Below, one piece after another: positions 39,608 to 52,290 of a DNA stretch of 64,000 nt; the stretch's first letter is position 1, and each line of letters begins with the position of its first letter. The notes below the pieces were generated by a model. It had not been told where the DNA came from. It did no database searches and saw only the letters and a program-made list of their open reading frames with translations. The DNA is taken from the NCBI RefSeq assembly GCF_963921235.1, contig NC_086108.1:12028001-12092000 (forward strand), in the 5' to 3' direction. The stretch comes from Mobula hypostoma (Eukaryota). A program made the position numbers and the translations under genes.

Positions 39608-39740
39608 CCTCTCTCCCTCCCTCTCTCCCTCCCTCCCTCTCCCTCCCTCTCTCTCTTTCTCGTTCTCTCTCTTCCTCTCTCTCTCAAGCTCTCTCACCTC
39701 CCCTCTCTGTCTCTCCCTATCGCTCTCTCTTTCTCTCTAC
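39551..39740. repeat. (CT)n / polypyrimidine tract
   Basis: Direct reading; about 190 bp nearly pure pyrimidine on the + strand. Confidence 0.95.
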
Positions 39741-40609
39741 CTTTCGCTTGTATTCATGTTCCGAGAACATCCACACACAACGACACATAGACAGACAAAA
39801 AAAAAAGAAATGAAAGATCGAGCTTGCCTGGTTTAAAAGGCTGGGGAAGGGGTTTAATCTGCAGCATCGAATCACACAGGCTGCTGGCTGTGGGAGTGAC
39901 GGGGCGCCGCATGCATATGAATGAAAGCACACGTGTGTGTACGCGGGGAGAGTCAGGCTAAGCACCAAGCAGACTGGGCTGCCCGCAATTCACCGCCCCC
40001 CTGTTATCACCAGCTTCGCCATACCCCCCTCCCCCCACCCCCGCTCCCATTCAAAGCCCGAGGGTCTGAGTGACGGCTGGGTTACTCGTGAGTGTTTGTA
40101 GGCTTCCAGAATGGTCCATTTCGACAGTAAAGTTACAGTCCTCCACGCGCTAGAAACGTGCCAGCCCCATCCATCAGCCTTGCAACAGACACTCCCAATA
40201 GTCTCGTTTCCAACGTTATCGACCAGTTCCACGGTCTCAGACCAAAGGAGAATAGTTCCCCCCGCCTACCCAGCTAACGCTTGGATCCAGCTCCACGGGG
40301 ATTGGGATTGGAAAGTTAAGGCCCCTCTGTTGCCGACTGGCTTTTGATCACTTAGGCTGAGCTCAGATAAGAGTCGCAACTCTTCTCTTGGACGACCCGA
40401 AAGGAACCGCAGTCCACTGAAGAGCAAACAGGAACTTAAAGCTTTGAGAAAACTTTGGAGCCATTTATCAGTAATGTGGTGATTTCAGAGATATTCATAT
40501 GCACAAAATGTCAAACAAGGGGGAATACGCAAAAAAAGCATGGACGTACAGTAGTCCAGAGTATACGGTGGTACCTCCAGAATAAGACACCAACAGAGTC
40601 ATCATGGTA

Positions 40610-41890
40610 TAAATCATGGATACGGCAGGCTCTTCACTCCAATTTGTCTACACTGACCAGCTATCTACCTGAGTTAGTCCCATATGCCTGTGTTTTGCCC
40701 ATATCCATTTGGGTTTTTCCTATCCTTGTACTTGCCCAAATGACTTTTAAATACTGCATTTGTACTTGCCTCCACTGCTGCCTCTGCAGCCCATTCTATA
40801 CACCCACCACCCACCATATACTCATCACTCTCTCTGTGAGAATGTTGCCCCTCAGGTCCCTTTTAAATCATTCCCCTCTTATTAAATCTATGATCTTTAC
40901 TTCCAGACTACTCTGGGGAAGAAGAAACTGTGATTATCCATCTTATCTGTGCTCCTCACAGTTCTTACAAACGTCTGTAAGGGCATACCACAGCTTCTTA
41001 GCCTCCTGGGAGAAGAAGTCTATCTGGTCTATCCTAGTCTATCCGGTCTCTGCTTATTACACAGGACCCCAGCTGCATCCTCATGGATCCTTACTGCCCC
41101 CCTTCCATTTTAAATCCTTCCTTTAGCTTTGCAATTGGAACTGTGTGCAATATTCCAAATGTGGTGCTACCCGCAATGCTCACAGTTGTAGTACAGTGTC
41201 CACGCTCCTGTACTCAGTGCCCTGACAGATGAAGGCAAGTGTGGCAAATATATTGTCTACATGTGTCTCCACTCTCAGGGAACTATGTGCCTATACTCCT
41301 AGATCTATTTGCTCTACAACACTCTCTAGACCCCTCCCATTTAGTGCAGGCTTTCCATTGGTTTAATTTACCAAATTGCAACAGCTCACACTTGTCCAAA
41401 TTAAATTCCATCTGCTATACATTGGCCCACTTCCCAGTTGATCTAGATTCTATTGTACTCTCAGATAACATGCTTCATAGAGTCAGTCATAGAAAAGTCC
41501 CTTTGGTCCATCAAGTCTGTGCTGAACCGATTAAACTGTCTAATCCCATTGACCTGTACCATATCCCTACCATCCATGTACCTATTCAAACTTCTCTTAA
41601 CCATTGAAATCAAGCTTGTATTCACCCCTTCAACTGGCAGTTTGTTCCACACTCTCACCACCCTCTGAGAGAAGATGTATCCCCTCATTTTCACCTTTAA
41701 CCCTTAACCCATGACCTCAGTGGAAAAAGCCTGCTTGCAGTTACAATGTCTACACCCCTCATAATTTTATATGCCTCTATAAAATCTCCTCTCAACTACA
41801 TTCCAAGGAATAAAGTCCTAACCTATTCAATCGTTCCTTATAACTCCAGACCTGGTAACATCCCTATAAATTTTGTCTGTACTGTTTCAC
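40610..41890 (-). mobile_element. Two old CR1-like 3' fragments (about 40610-41470 and 41480-41890)
   Basis: Minus ORF MRGYIFSQRVVRVWNKLPVEGV...LNRYMD and degenerate CR1 similarity. Confidence 0.7.
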
Positions 41891-42254
41891 GTTGAGATTC
41901 ATTTGCATATTTATTTTCACAAGTACAATGAAACATGTAGTGAAATATGTCATTTGCATTAACAACCAACACACCCAAGGATGTGCTGGAGGCAGCCCGC
42001 AAATGTCGCCACACATTCCGGTGTCAACACAGCATGCCCACAATGCTCAGCAGAACAATGCAGAACACAACAAAACAGAACATAGCAAGCAACGAGACAA
42101 CAACAGTGAGATAAACGCTATTCCTCCCTCTCAGCTGCGTATACAGCCACTGACACACACAGACAGACCAGCAACTATGGACAGAGTACTTAACTGTCTT
42201 CACTCTCCAATATACCACAATTTCTGGTGTCATCTGCAAACTATGCCAAACTCT

Positions 42255-42570
42255 GGTGGCATGGTAGCGTAGTGGTTAGCACAATGCTTTACAGTACAGG
42301 TGACCTGGGCTCAGCTCCTGCTGTTGCCTGTGTAAAATTTGTATGTCCTCCCTGTGAGTGAGTGCATTTCCTCTGGGTGCTGTGGTTTCCACTCACAATC
42401 CAAGGACATACTAGCCGGTAAATTAATTGGTCATGGTAAATTGTCCCGTGATTAGGCTAGGATTAAATCATGGGATTGCTGGGTGGCGTAACTTGAAGGG
42501 CCAGAAGGGCCTTTCATGCTGTATCTCTAAATAAATAATAAAATATAAGTAAATAAGTAAATAAATAAAT
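42255..42570 (+). mobile_element. tRNA-derived V-SINE (HE1-like)
   Basis: ggtagcgtagtggttagcacaatgctttacagtacagg head shared with the 27760 copy; (TAAA)n tail. Confidence 0.82.
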
Positions 42571-43790
42571 TATTCTCAGGGTATTCTCATCTGTACTGCT
42601 AATGGAAATTCTAAATAACAGGAGACCTAACACTGATCCCTGTGGCACACAATGGGTCACAGGCCTCCAATCTGAAAAATAAAGGCTCTTCCATTATCAC
42701 CTTCTGACTTCATCCGCCACACCTCACCTTCATCAGTGATTCCGTTTACCACTCTCAGTTGCTGGAACTACCCACGCCCTGATCTGACTTGTCATTATAC
42801 TATACCCTGCATTCCCCGCCTTTCACACCAAACACGTAATCTGGTTCATTAAACAACTTTACTAATCTGAAGACCAATAATCAAAGAGAAAAGGCAAATC
42901 AGCATTTTCTGCACCCACCACTAACGACCCTCCAGTCATTAATCTGTGCCTATGATGGGAGCCTGGTGTGATTAGTGGTAGACTCTGTCATTTAGTGTTA
43001 TATCCCTGACCCCTAGTGGAAAGGAGGTATTGCTGGGCAAAGGAGGGAGTAAGCAGAGATGTTATTTTGCCGTGATGAAGCGCCTTGTCAGTTCCTATTG
43101 GATACCTAAACCACTGCTATAGAACATCACTCCAGTTTTTTGGTCCTAGGGAGACAATTGGAAAAAAAAGTTTGAAATTAAGTTTGGTTCTCAATACACT
43201 ACCAGTAGGAGATGTTTGGTGCATTGGAAAGAGTATCATTTTGTTCTGTCTTTCAAAACTAAAAATCCTGTTACTGCAGTGCCCTAGGAGAAGGTTATAG
43301 ATTGTGTGGTATTGAAATGCTTGCTTGCTGTATTAGCCAACACGCATGTGGCAACCAATCTTACCAAAGAAGGTCGATTTGTCGAATCTCTTTTTTTAAA
43401 AATTGATGAGCTATTTTGGTGCATGCAAAAGTCAGTTTTATTTGGCTTGTTAACAAGATTCATTGCCAATGAGATGCAGGGAGATGGTATAAAAATGTGG
43501 TATTCTAATTCTTAAACATTTGAACAGTTGGCAGATTGGCATGGTGGCTGCATACTCAGCTCTGGAGAGGGACAAATACAACATCTTCTGGAGCAGAAAT
43601 CCCAAGGACATAATCATGCTGGCACTTCAGTAACGTAAGGTGCTATCTGAAGTTACACATTTGAAGGGACACCACCACCGCCCCCCCCACCCCTCACCAT
43701 CTCATCAGTAAGGCCATGCTCTCTTCTTGCTTGTGCCGTCCAGAAGGAGGTACAGGAGCCTTAGGACCCACAAGGCTCAAGAACAATTCT

Positions 43791-43940
43791 AAACATGAGA
43801 AAGTCTGCAATTGCTTGAAATCCAAAACAATGCCTACAAAGTGTTGGAGGAACTCAGCAGGTCAGTCAGAATCTATGGAAAGGAATAAGCAGTGGATATT
43901 TCAGGACAAGACCTTTCATCAGGACTGGAAAGGAAGAAGG
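43791..43940 (-). mobile_element. Penelope terminal-repeat fragment with a complete minimal hammerhead core
   Basis: Minus strand cagtc-CTGATGA-a-AGG-tcttgt-CCT-GAAA-tATC-cactg (43890-43927), followed by ctgacctgctgagttcctccaacac as in the other copies. Confidence 0.75.
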
Positions 43941-44149
43941 AAGAGGCCAGTATTCCTGTCCAAAGATGTTCTCCAGAAAGACTACAGTGATTTAAGAAAA
44001 TGACTCACCACCCCACCCCACCCTCCTCACCCTCTCACAAGCAGTGGGAGTGGGGCAATAATTGTTGGCCTGTACAGTGGTGGCAGTGACCATGTAAACA
44101 AAGCCAACAGCTTAGACAAGAACAGACAGGAAATTTCTCAAGAGAATTG

Positions 44150-44565
44150 TGAAACATTGTCAGAAGAAAGCAACATCCATCATCAGGGTCTCCCAACACC
44201 CAGAACATACCTTTTTTTAACTTCTACCAACAGGAAAAAGGTACAGGAGCCTCAGGGCCCACACCATCAGGTTCAGGATCAACTATTACCCCTCAATTAC
44301 CAGGCTCTTGAACTAGAAGGGACAACTTCTCTCAACTTCACTAACCCCAACAATGAAATATTCCCACAACCTGTGGACTCACTTTCATGACTTCTTCATC
44401 TCGATATTTATTGCATATTTATGATTATTATTTTTGCTTGCTTTTTGTTTCTTTGGATTTACTGTGAATGCTTGCATGAAAATAAATCTCAGTATATGGT
44501 GAGAAATACTGTTAAGTCCTTTGGTAATAAATTTTCTTTCTTTATTGAACTTTGAATCTTTAGTT
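44150..44565 (+). mobile_element. Rex1/Babar-type 3' fragment
   Basis: gaaagcaacatccatcatcaggg...aggtacaggagcctcaggg matches other copies in the window. Confidence 0.7.
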
Positions 44566-46011
44566 CAGATTTTAAGCCGAGGCCCCAGATACTTGGGTGG
44601 GTCTCAAGATGGATTATTTTTGCATCAGGACATTTCTGAAACTTTGCAAATATTAATTCCTCAACAAGACTGCTAAAGCAAGGTAACTTGAAGTGCACAA
44701 ACTAGTAGTGGTATTTTCTCCATGGTTAAAATGGCCACATAGCTAAAGCTTTTCCAGTAGGTGTAAGATGAGCTCATGAAAGGAGTTTCTCAGTCTGAGT
44801 CACTTCTGCTTTACCATTCATAAACCGAAGAGCTGGTGAATGGTTGAAACAAGGATTTTTTTTCTCTAAATGAGCATTTTTTGTGGCAAAAAAAGTATTG
44901 AAACAATAACAGCAGGCAGTTTAAGATAAGAGAAAAGACTAACAGATTGTTTGTTTAAAAAACAGAAGGAAGCTCACAGCAAGCTAAGAATATCTTTAGT
45001 GTTAGAATGAGTTTGACTGAGGTTTGGTTTGATTTCCCAACTGAAAAGGTGGTTTGTAATGAGAGGAGATTGTTCTCACCAAACTGAACAAATCTCTGGG
45101 ATCTTTGGTAGATGAGTTGTTACACTGACATGACAATTTGCAGACTTCAGTGGAAGGTGGAAGCTGCAGTATCTCTACATTGACACCCATACACACACAC
45201 ATTGCCTTGCCATTGCACTGAGTGTGTACACCTCAATCTCTTCTCCTTGGTATATCTTCCAGAAAGTTTTGCTTTGTGATGCTTTCCATAACAACATCAG
45301 ATATAGGAACAGAATTACATTATTTGGCCCATTAAGTCTGCTCTGTGATTTCATTATGGCAGATCCATTTTTCCTCTCAGCACCAAACTTCTCCCTTCTC
45401 CCCGCATCCCTTCATTCCCTGTCTAATCAAGAATCTATTGACCTCTGCCTGAAATATACTTGGTCTCCATGGCTGCCTGTGGCAATGAATTCCACAGACT
45501 CACCTCTTCCTGGCTCACTTTTCACCACACATAGCAGGATTTAGTAATGGGTGATATGTAAATAAGAATATTTTGACTATATACTGTATTTAAGATAGAT
45601 ACCTCTGTTTATTTTTAAATATGATCGTAACTACATCGTGGAGTGCAACATATTCTTATTTATCTGTAGTCTTGTTAATGGCAAGATCTGGTACCTAAAA
45701 AACAGGATGGCTTGCTTGCAATAGGCAGACAGAGAGATTGATCTGCCGGGAGTTCCAACGGGCCATGATAGGTTGCTATAATTGTGTTTTCCAGTAGATA
45801 TCCTTTTGTAAACAGTGACAGTTTTATTTTCACTGTTTTTACTAATGTTTAAAAGTTTGATTTTGTTCACTAACAAATAAACACCATTACACAAAAGTAA
45901 GAAGAGACTCCAGCCATTATTTTTCTTCGGTCAAAACCCACGTATGTAACAGTTGGATAGGATTCTGATTAACCGTACACTGAGAAGAAGGTTTCCTGTA
46001 CCTGGTCTATT

Positions 46012-46188
46012 GAAGGGAGGGGTCCTTCTGTTCTGTACTCGGACTACAGAGGGGAGGGTCCTTCTGTTCTGTGCTGAAACTATAGAGGGAAGGGGTCCTT
46101 CTGTTCTGTACTCGGACTACAGAGGGGAGGGTCTTTCTGTTCTGTACTGAGACTATAGAGGGAAGGGGTCCTTCTGTTCTCTATTCTG
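46012..46188. repeat. Minisatellite, alternating 36/37-bp units (about 4.7 copies)
   Basis: ggtcyttctgttct recurs at 46021, 46057, 46094, 46130 and 46167. Confidence 0.93.
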
Positions 46189-46324
46189 ATGCCAGTTATG
46201 CCTTTCTTGTTGCTTTGTGCATAAGCAATTTAAGTAAATTGAAGGCAGGGACTTATTGACAGCAATTATATTTCTCATTAGTGTTTGATTTGCATAATAT
46301 TTTCATCCTGTATCTGGGCAAGTT

Positions 46325-46590
46325 TCTATTTTTATTTATCGGTTGAGATACAGTGTGGCATAGGCCTTTCCAGCCTTCCGAGACGTGCTTCGCAGCAACC
46401 CCTGATTTTACCCTGTTGTAATTATGGAACAATTTACCAATTAACGGATCTTTGGACTGTGCGAGGAAGGCATGAGAACCCACGTGGTCATGGGTTGAAT
46501 GTACAAATCACTTATAGACAGTCAGCAGTGGGAATTAAACCCTGGTCACCTGCATTGTAAAGCATTGTGCTAACCAGTATGCTACCATAC
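46325..46590 (-). mobile_element. tRNA-derived V-SINE (HE1-like)
   Basis: Reverse complement of the 42255 copy head (ctgcattgtaaagcattgtgctaaccagtatgctacc). Confidence 0.78.
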
Positions 46591-46879
46591 GATCCCATTT
46601 GCTGTAACCTCAGCCCTCCCATACTTGGGTTTCCTTCGCTTCTCCTTGCTTCCTGGGATGAACGAACACAGTGACTGACAACTCCTCAGTTCTGTTAAAA
46701 CAAACCATTTCCTGCTTTTGTCCTTTTGGTACTGAGCTCAGTTGCTGTTGTTATGCAGGAGTTAGCTGGTCTTTTACTCTCTGGTCATTTCTCTGAAGGT
46801 CTAGAATTACTGACCTCTTATATGAGAGTATAAACCCTGGATCTAGACACTCAGTCAGAGCAAAGGAATTCCACATTTT

Positions 46880-47210
46880 CTTAAAGTTCAAAGTTCAATG
46901 TAAATTTTATCATTAAAGTACATATACGTCACCATATACAATCTTGAGATTCATTTTCTTATGGCCATACTCAGTAAATGCATATAATAGTAACAATAAC
47001 GGGATCAATGAACAATCAACCAGAGTGCAGAAGACAACAAACTGCGCAAATGCAAATATAAATAAATAGTAATCAATAATGAGAACATGAGATAATGAGA
47101 TAAAGAGTCCTTAAAGTAGATCATTGGATGTGGGAACCTCAAGTCAGTGTATTTACCCGTTATGTTCAAGGGCCTGATGGTTGAGGGGCAGTGAATGTTC
47201 TTGAACCTGA
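46880..47210 (-). mobile_element. Rex1/Babar-type 3'UTR fragment
   Basis: Same aagttcaaagttcaa tail and 3'UTR as 17492-17830. Confidence 0.72.
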
Positions 47211-47579
47211 ATGCCTCTCATTCTTTGAAATTCTGCAGAATATTTTTGCACATAAAAAACACATCCAACTCTCTGGTGAATCGTCCTTGCATGCCGATTG
47301 CAAATCTATCCTTCCTTCGTCAGAAGCCTAAGTTGCTTCATTCTTATGAAGAAGGGCGCTCAACTTGGATTTGAATCCTTTTGCAATAAAGACCAATGTA
47401 CCATTTGCCTTTGTAACTGAATGATTTGTTACACGAGCTTTCAGTGATCTGTATGCAAGGACACACAGTTCTCTCTGAACACCATCACCTCTTGAACTCT
47501 CATTAATTAACAGCTCTCTGCCTTTTCATTTTTTTCTACCAAAATGGATAGCAGTTTTCCTCCACCTGCCATATCTTCA

Positions 47580-48120
47580 CTGTTGGTGGCAGGGTGGAGG
47601 TAAGTCTCTACCTGAGGTGTAAAACATTCCTTCCCTCCACTAGCCTAGAGGCCACCCTTGGGCAAGGTGTAGAACCTTCTTAGCCCCCTGATCAGAGTCA
47701 CGTGAAGCCATGGGAGCAGGTGGCGGATGGTCATATGAGCAACTGGTGCATATCACAAGTCCTTGTATGCAAACACTAATGCCAGACAGATAACCTCTGA
47801 AGAGCAGCGGTAATGGCTGGGGTCACCAGTTTTGTAAAGGCACTGCCCAGAAGGCGACAATGCCAAACCACTTCTGTAGAAAAATGTGTCAAGAGCAATT
47901 ACTTTCATGGAAAGACCATGATCATCAATGTCCTGTGACAAAACACAAAATGGAGATGATGATAAAGATCAATCTAGCCCTTCCCTCTTGCATAGTCCTC
48001 AATTTTTCCATTATCCATGTGCCTATCTGCGAATTTCCTAAATGTCCCTCATGTATCATAAAGACCATGATCACCAATATCATACTATACACACATAATG
48101 ATGAAGATGATGATGATGAC
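47580..48120 (+). mobile_element. Probable non-autonomous RTE-related element with duplicated 3' end and (GAT)n tail
   Basis: aaagaccatgatca at about 47911 and 48060, each followed by (GAT)n. The gccaaaccacttctgt motif is reminiscent of RTE 5'UTR pieces; family assignment is inference. Confidence 0.45.
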
Positions 48121-48224
48121 ATTTTCACTATTCACAGACTTGAAGCCTCCCTGCATTCTCAACACAGCACACACTGCCACTCAGCTTTGCATCAGCAGTA
48201 ACCTTGGTTAGATTATATTTCAGT

Positions 48225-48385
48225 AACATACACTAAATACTGGAACAACACAGTAGGTCAGGCAGCAACAGTCCAGAGGAATAAACAGACAATGTTTTGG
48301 GATAAGACTCTTCATCTGGACTGATGAGTTTAGCTCCCCCAGCATCTTGTGTCTGTTGCACTAAGTTTCCAGCATCTGTAGAACA
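48225..48385. mobile_element. Decayed Penelope terminal-repeat / fold-back element
   Basis: Left arm resembles 43791-43940 with a mutated hammerhead on the minus strand (cagtc-CAGATGA-agag...ccc-AAAA); right part resembles the opposite arm. Confidence 0.55.
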
Positions 48386-49099
48386 TCTTGCGTATAGACG
48401 TTGGACTTAATCCTTCCATGGATATCATTGATATAACTGTAAGCAGCAGAGTCTTAGTTTTGTTCACCGGCTCCCCTTGGAGTCGCTACCCCTTCTCCCA
48501 ACCAGAGGGGCTGCTGGTTTGAGTCACTGCCCAATGCTCTTGGCGATGTTATTGAAATTCTCAGCTTTATGGATTGGACTGCATTTAATATTGGACTTTA
48601 TTAGTTCTCTGATTTTTTTTTGTGTTCTTGCCCATTCTTTCTTGTTGCCAGTTGGTGAACTGGAGCTTTGGGGTTTGAGGTTCTTATTGTTGTTCTCCAT
48701 GTGGGTGATCTGTCAGTTTGTGCAAGGAAGGGGTTGGGGGTGGGGTTTGGGGATTGAAAGTTATTGTTTCTTTTTATTTTCATGCAGGGGGCATTGATGT
48801 CTTTCTTTCAACTACTGCTATGGTTTTCTGTATTTTATGGCTATCTGGAGAAGACAAGTCTCAGTGTTGCATTCTGCATACATACTTTGATAATAAAATG
48901 AACCTCTGAACCCTTTAGAGACATCCTCCCAATGCAAAGATGGCTCATTTATTTCCAATCTTGTTTCTTGCCTTTTAACAATTCCTCAATCCACAGCAGT
49001 CTATTACCCCGATGCTGTGTCCTCCAATTTTCTTTAATAACCCCCGAACACAAAAGCTTCAATACCAACTAAGTAATCGTCTGTTGCTTCTATTGCAGT

Positions 49100-49343
49100 T
49101 AGCATTCATTTTGAGAAGACTAGCAAAGATATAGTGCTGAGACTTTATAAGGTATTGGTAAGATCACTCACAATATTGTGACCAGTTTTAGGTTGTTGCT
49201 GGCATTGGAGAGGGTCCAGAAGAGGTTTACAAAAATGATCCAGGGAATCGCCAGATTAACATATGAGGTGTGTTTGATGGCTCCAGGTCTTTACTCATAT
49301 GACTTTAGAAGAATGAGAGGGGAGCTCATCGAAACCTATCAAA
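49100..49343 (+). mobile_element. Old CR1 fragment, left half of the host split by the young CR1
   Basis: Ends ...gaatgagaggggagctcatcgaaacctatcaaa and continues at 52291 aacgttgaaagtcctag. Confidence 0.8.
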
Positions 49344-52290
49344 TTGTATAATTATATAAGGGCTAAGAGAGTTGTAAAAGAGCGCCTGAAGGCTTTGTGT
49401 GTCAATGCAAGGAGCATTCATAATAAGGTGGATGAATTGAAAGTGCAGATTGTTATTAATGATTATGATATAGTTGGGATCACAGAGACATGGCTCCAGG
49501 GTGACCAAGGATGGGAGCTCGACGTTCAGGGATATTCAATATTCAGGAGGGATAGACATGAAGGAAGGGGAGGTGGGGTGGCGTTGCTGGTTAAAGAAGA
49601 GATTAACGCAATAGAAAGGAAGGACATAAGCCGGGAAGATGTGGAATCGATATGGGTAGAGCTGCGTAACACTAAGGGGCAGAAGACGCTGGTGGGAGTT
49701 GTGTACAGGCCACCTAACAGTGGTAGTGAGGTCGGAGATGGTATTAAACAGGAAATTAGAAATGTGTGCAATAAAGGAACAGCAGTTATAATGGGTGACT
49801 TCAATCTACATGTAGATTGGGTGAACCAAATTGGTAAAGTTGCTGAGGAAGAGGATTTCTTGGAATGTATGCGGGATGGTTTTTTGAACTAACATGTCGA
49901 GGAACCAACTAGAGAGCAGGCTATTCTGGACTGGGTTTTGAGCAATGAGGAAGGGTTAATTAGCAATCTTGTCGTGAGAGGCCCCTTGGGTAACAGTGAC
50001 CATAATATGGTGGAATTCTTCATTAAGATGGAGAGTGACATAGTTAATTCAGAAACAAAGGTTCTGAACTTAAAGAGGGGTAACTTTGAAGGTATGAGAC
50101 GTGAATTAGCTAAGATAGACTGGCAAATGACACTTAAAGGATTGACGGTGGATATGCAATGGCAAGCATTTAAAGGTTGCATGGATGAACTACAACAATT
50201 GTTCATCCCAGTTTGGCAAAAGAATAAATCAAGGAAGGTAGTGCACCCGTGGCTGACAAGAGAAATTAGGGATAGTATCAATTCCAAAGAAGAAGCATAC
50301 AAATTAGACAGAGAAAGTGGCTCAGCTGAGGACTGGGAGAAATTCAGAGTTCAGCAGAGGAGGACAAAGGGCTTAATTAGGAAGGGGAAAAAAGATTATG
50401 AGAGAAAACTGGCAGGGAACATAAAAACTGACTGTAAAAGCTTTTATAGATATGTAAAAAGGAAAAGACTGGTAAAGACAAATGAAGGTCCCCTACAGAC
50501 AGAAACAGGTGAATTGATTATGGGGAGCAAGGACATGGCAGATCAATTGAATAATTACTTTGGTTCTGTCTTCACTAAGGAGGACATAAATAATCTTCCA
50601 GAAATAGTAGGGGACAGAGGGTCCAGTGAGATGGAGGAACTGAGCGAAATACATGTTAGTAGGGAAGTGGTGTTAGATAAATTGAAGGGATTGAAGGCAG
50701 ATAAATCCCCAGGGCCAGATGGTCTGCATCCTAGAGTGCTTAAGGAAGTAGCCCAAGAAATAGTGGATGCATTAGTGATAATTTTTCAAAACTCGTTAGA
50801 TTCTGGACTAGTTCCTGAGGATTGGAGGGTGGCTAATGTAACCCCACTTTTTAAAAAAGGAGGGAGAGAGAAACCGGGGAACTATAGACCGGTTAGCCTA
50901 ACGTCGGTGGTGGGGAAACTGCTGGAGTCAGTTATCAAGGATGTGATAACAGCACATTTGGAAAGCAGTGAAATGATCGGACAAAGTCAGCATGGATTTG
51001 TGAAAGGAAAATCATGTCTGACGAATCTCATAGAATTTTTTGAGGATGTAACTAGTAGAGTGGATAGGGGAGAACCACTGGATGTGGTATATTTGGATTT
51101 TCAAAAGGCTTTTGACAAGGTCCCGCACAGGAGATTAGTGTGCAAACTTAAAGCACACGGTATTGGGGGTAAGGTATTGGTGTGGGTGGAGAATTGGTTA
51201 GCAGACAGGAAGCAAAGAGTGGGAATAAACGGGACCTTTTCAGAATGGCAGGCGGTGACTAGTGGGGTACCGCAAGGCTCAGTGCTGGGACCCCAGTTGT
51301 TTACAATATATATTAATGACTTGGATGAGGGAATTAAATGCAGCATCTCCAAGTTTGCGGATGACACGAAGCTGTGTGGCAGTGTTAGCTGTGAGGAGGG
51401 TGCTAAGAGGATGCAGGGTGACTTGGATAGGTTGGGTGAGTGGGCAAATTCATGGCAGATGCAATTTAATGTGGATAAATGTGAAGTTATCCACTTTGGT
51501 GGCAAAAATAGGAAAACAGATTATTATCTGAATGGTGGCCGATTAGGAAAAGGGGAGGTGCAACGAGACCTGGGTGTCATTATACACCAGTCATTGAAAG
51601 TGGGCATGCAGGTACAGCAGGTGGTGAAAAAGGCGAATGGTATGCTGGCATTTATAGCAAGAGGATTCAAGTACAAGAGCAGGGAGGTACTACCGCAGTT
51701 GTAAAAGGCCTTGGTGAGACCACACCTGGAGTATTGTGTGCAGTTTTGGTCCCCTAATCTGAGGAAAGACATCCTTGCCTTAGAGGAAGTACAAAGAAGG
51801 TTCACCAGATTGATTCCTGGGATGGCAGGACTTTCATATGAAGAAAGACTGGATGAACTGGGCTTGTACTCGTTGGAATTTAGAAGATTGAGGGGGGATC
51901 TGATTGAAACGTATAAGATCCTAAAGGGATTGGACAGGCTAGATGCAGGAAGATTGTTCCCGATGTTGGGGAAGTCCAGAACGAGGGGCCACAGTTTGAG
52001 GATAGAGGGGAAGCCTTTTAGGACCGAGATTAGGAAAAACTTCTTCACACAGAGAGTGGTGAATCTGTGGAATTCTCTGCCACAGGAAACAGTTGAGGCC
52101 AGTTCATTGGCTATATTTAAGAGGGAGTTAGATATGGCACTTGTGGCTGCGGGGGTCAGAGGGTATGGAGGGAAGGCTGGGGCGGGGTTCTGAGTTGGAT
52201 GATCAGCCATGATCATAATAAATGGCGGTGCAGGCTCGAAGGGCCGAATGGCCTACTCCTGCACCTATTTTCTATGTTTCTATGTTTCTA
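49344..52290 (+). mobile_element. Young CR1 LINE, 5'-truncated near the start of ORF2; APE endonuclease plus RT in one frame with two in-frame stops
   Basis: ORFs 49344-49892, 49938-51704 and 51711-52193 share a frame. Motifs NARS, GITETWL, YRPP, MGDFN, SDHN, YLDFQKAFDKV, GVPQGSVLGP, KFADDTK; (TTTCTATG)n tail. Confidence 0.97.

Larger units (their letters stand above)
38790..40410. promoter_or_regulatory. CpG-rich promoter/5'UTR-like region in two blocks (about 38790-39545 and 39840-40410)
   Basis: Visible rise in GC and CpG density against CpG-depleted flanks; no recognisable transposon. Confidence 0.75.

Noticed and set aside
39023..39697. ORFs in the CpG-rich block, including RERERE peptides
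   Set aside because: Expected from high GC and the (CT)n tract; no recognisable domain; starts are non-ATG or lie in the repeat.
40455..41126. 223-aa plus-strand ORF
   Set aside because: Non-ATG start, mostly antisense to a decayed CR1 fragment, no recognisable protein features.
49344..52193. Domesticated RT gene or retron/defence-type RT system
   Set aside because: Two premature stops, a LINE 3' tail, nested insertion and multiple paralogous fragments indicate an ordinary CR1 copy.
51101..52216. Long minus-strand ORFs (134 and 230 aa)
   Set aside because: Antisense shadows of CR1 ORF2.
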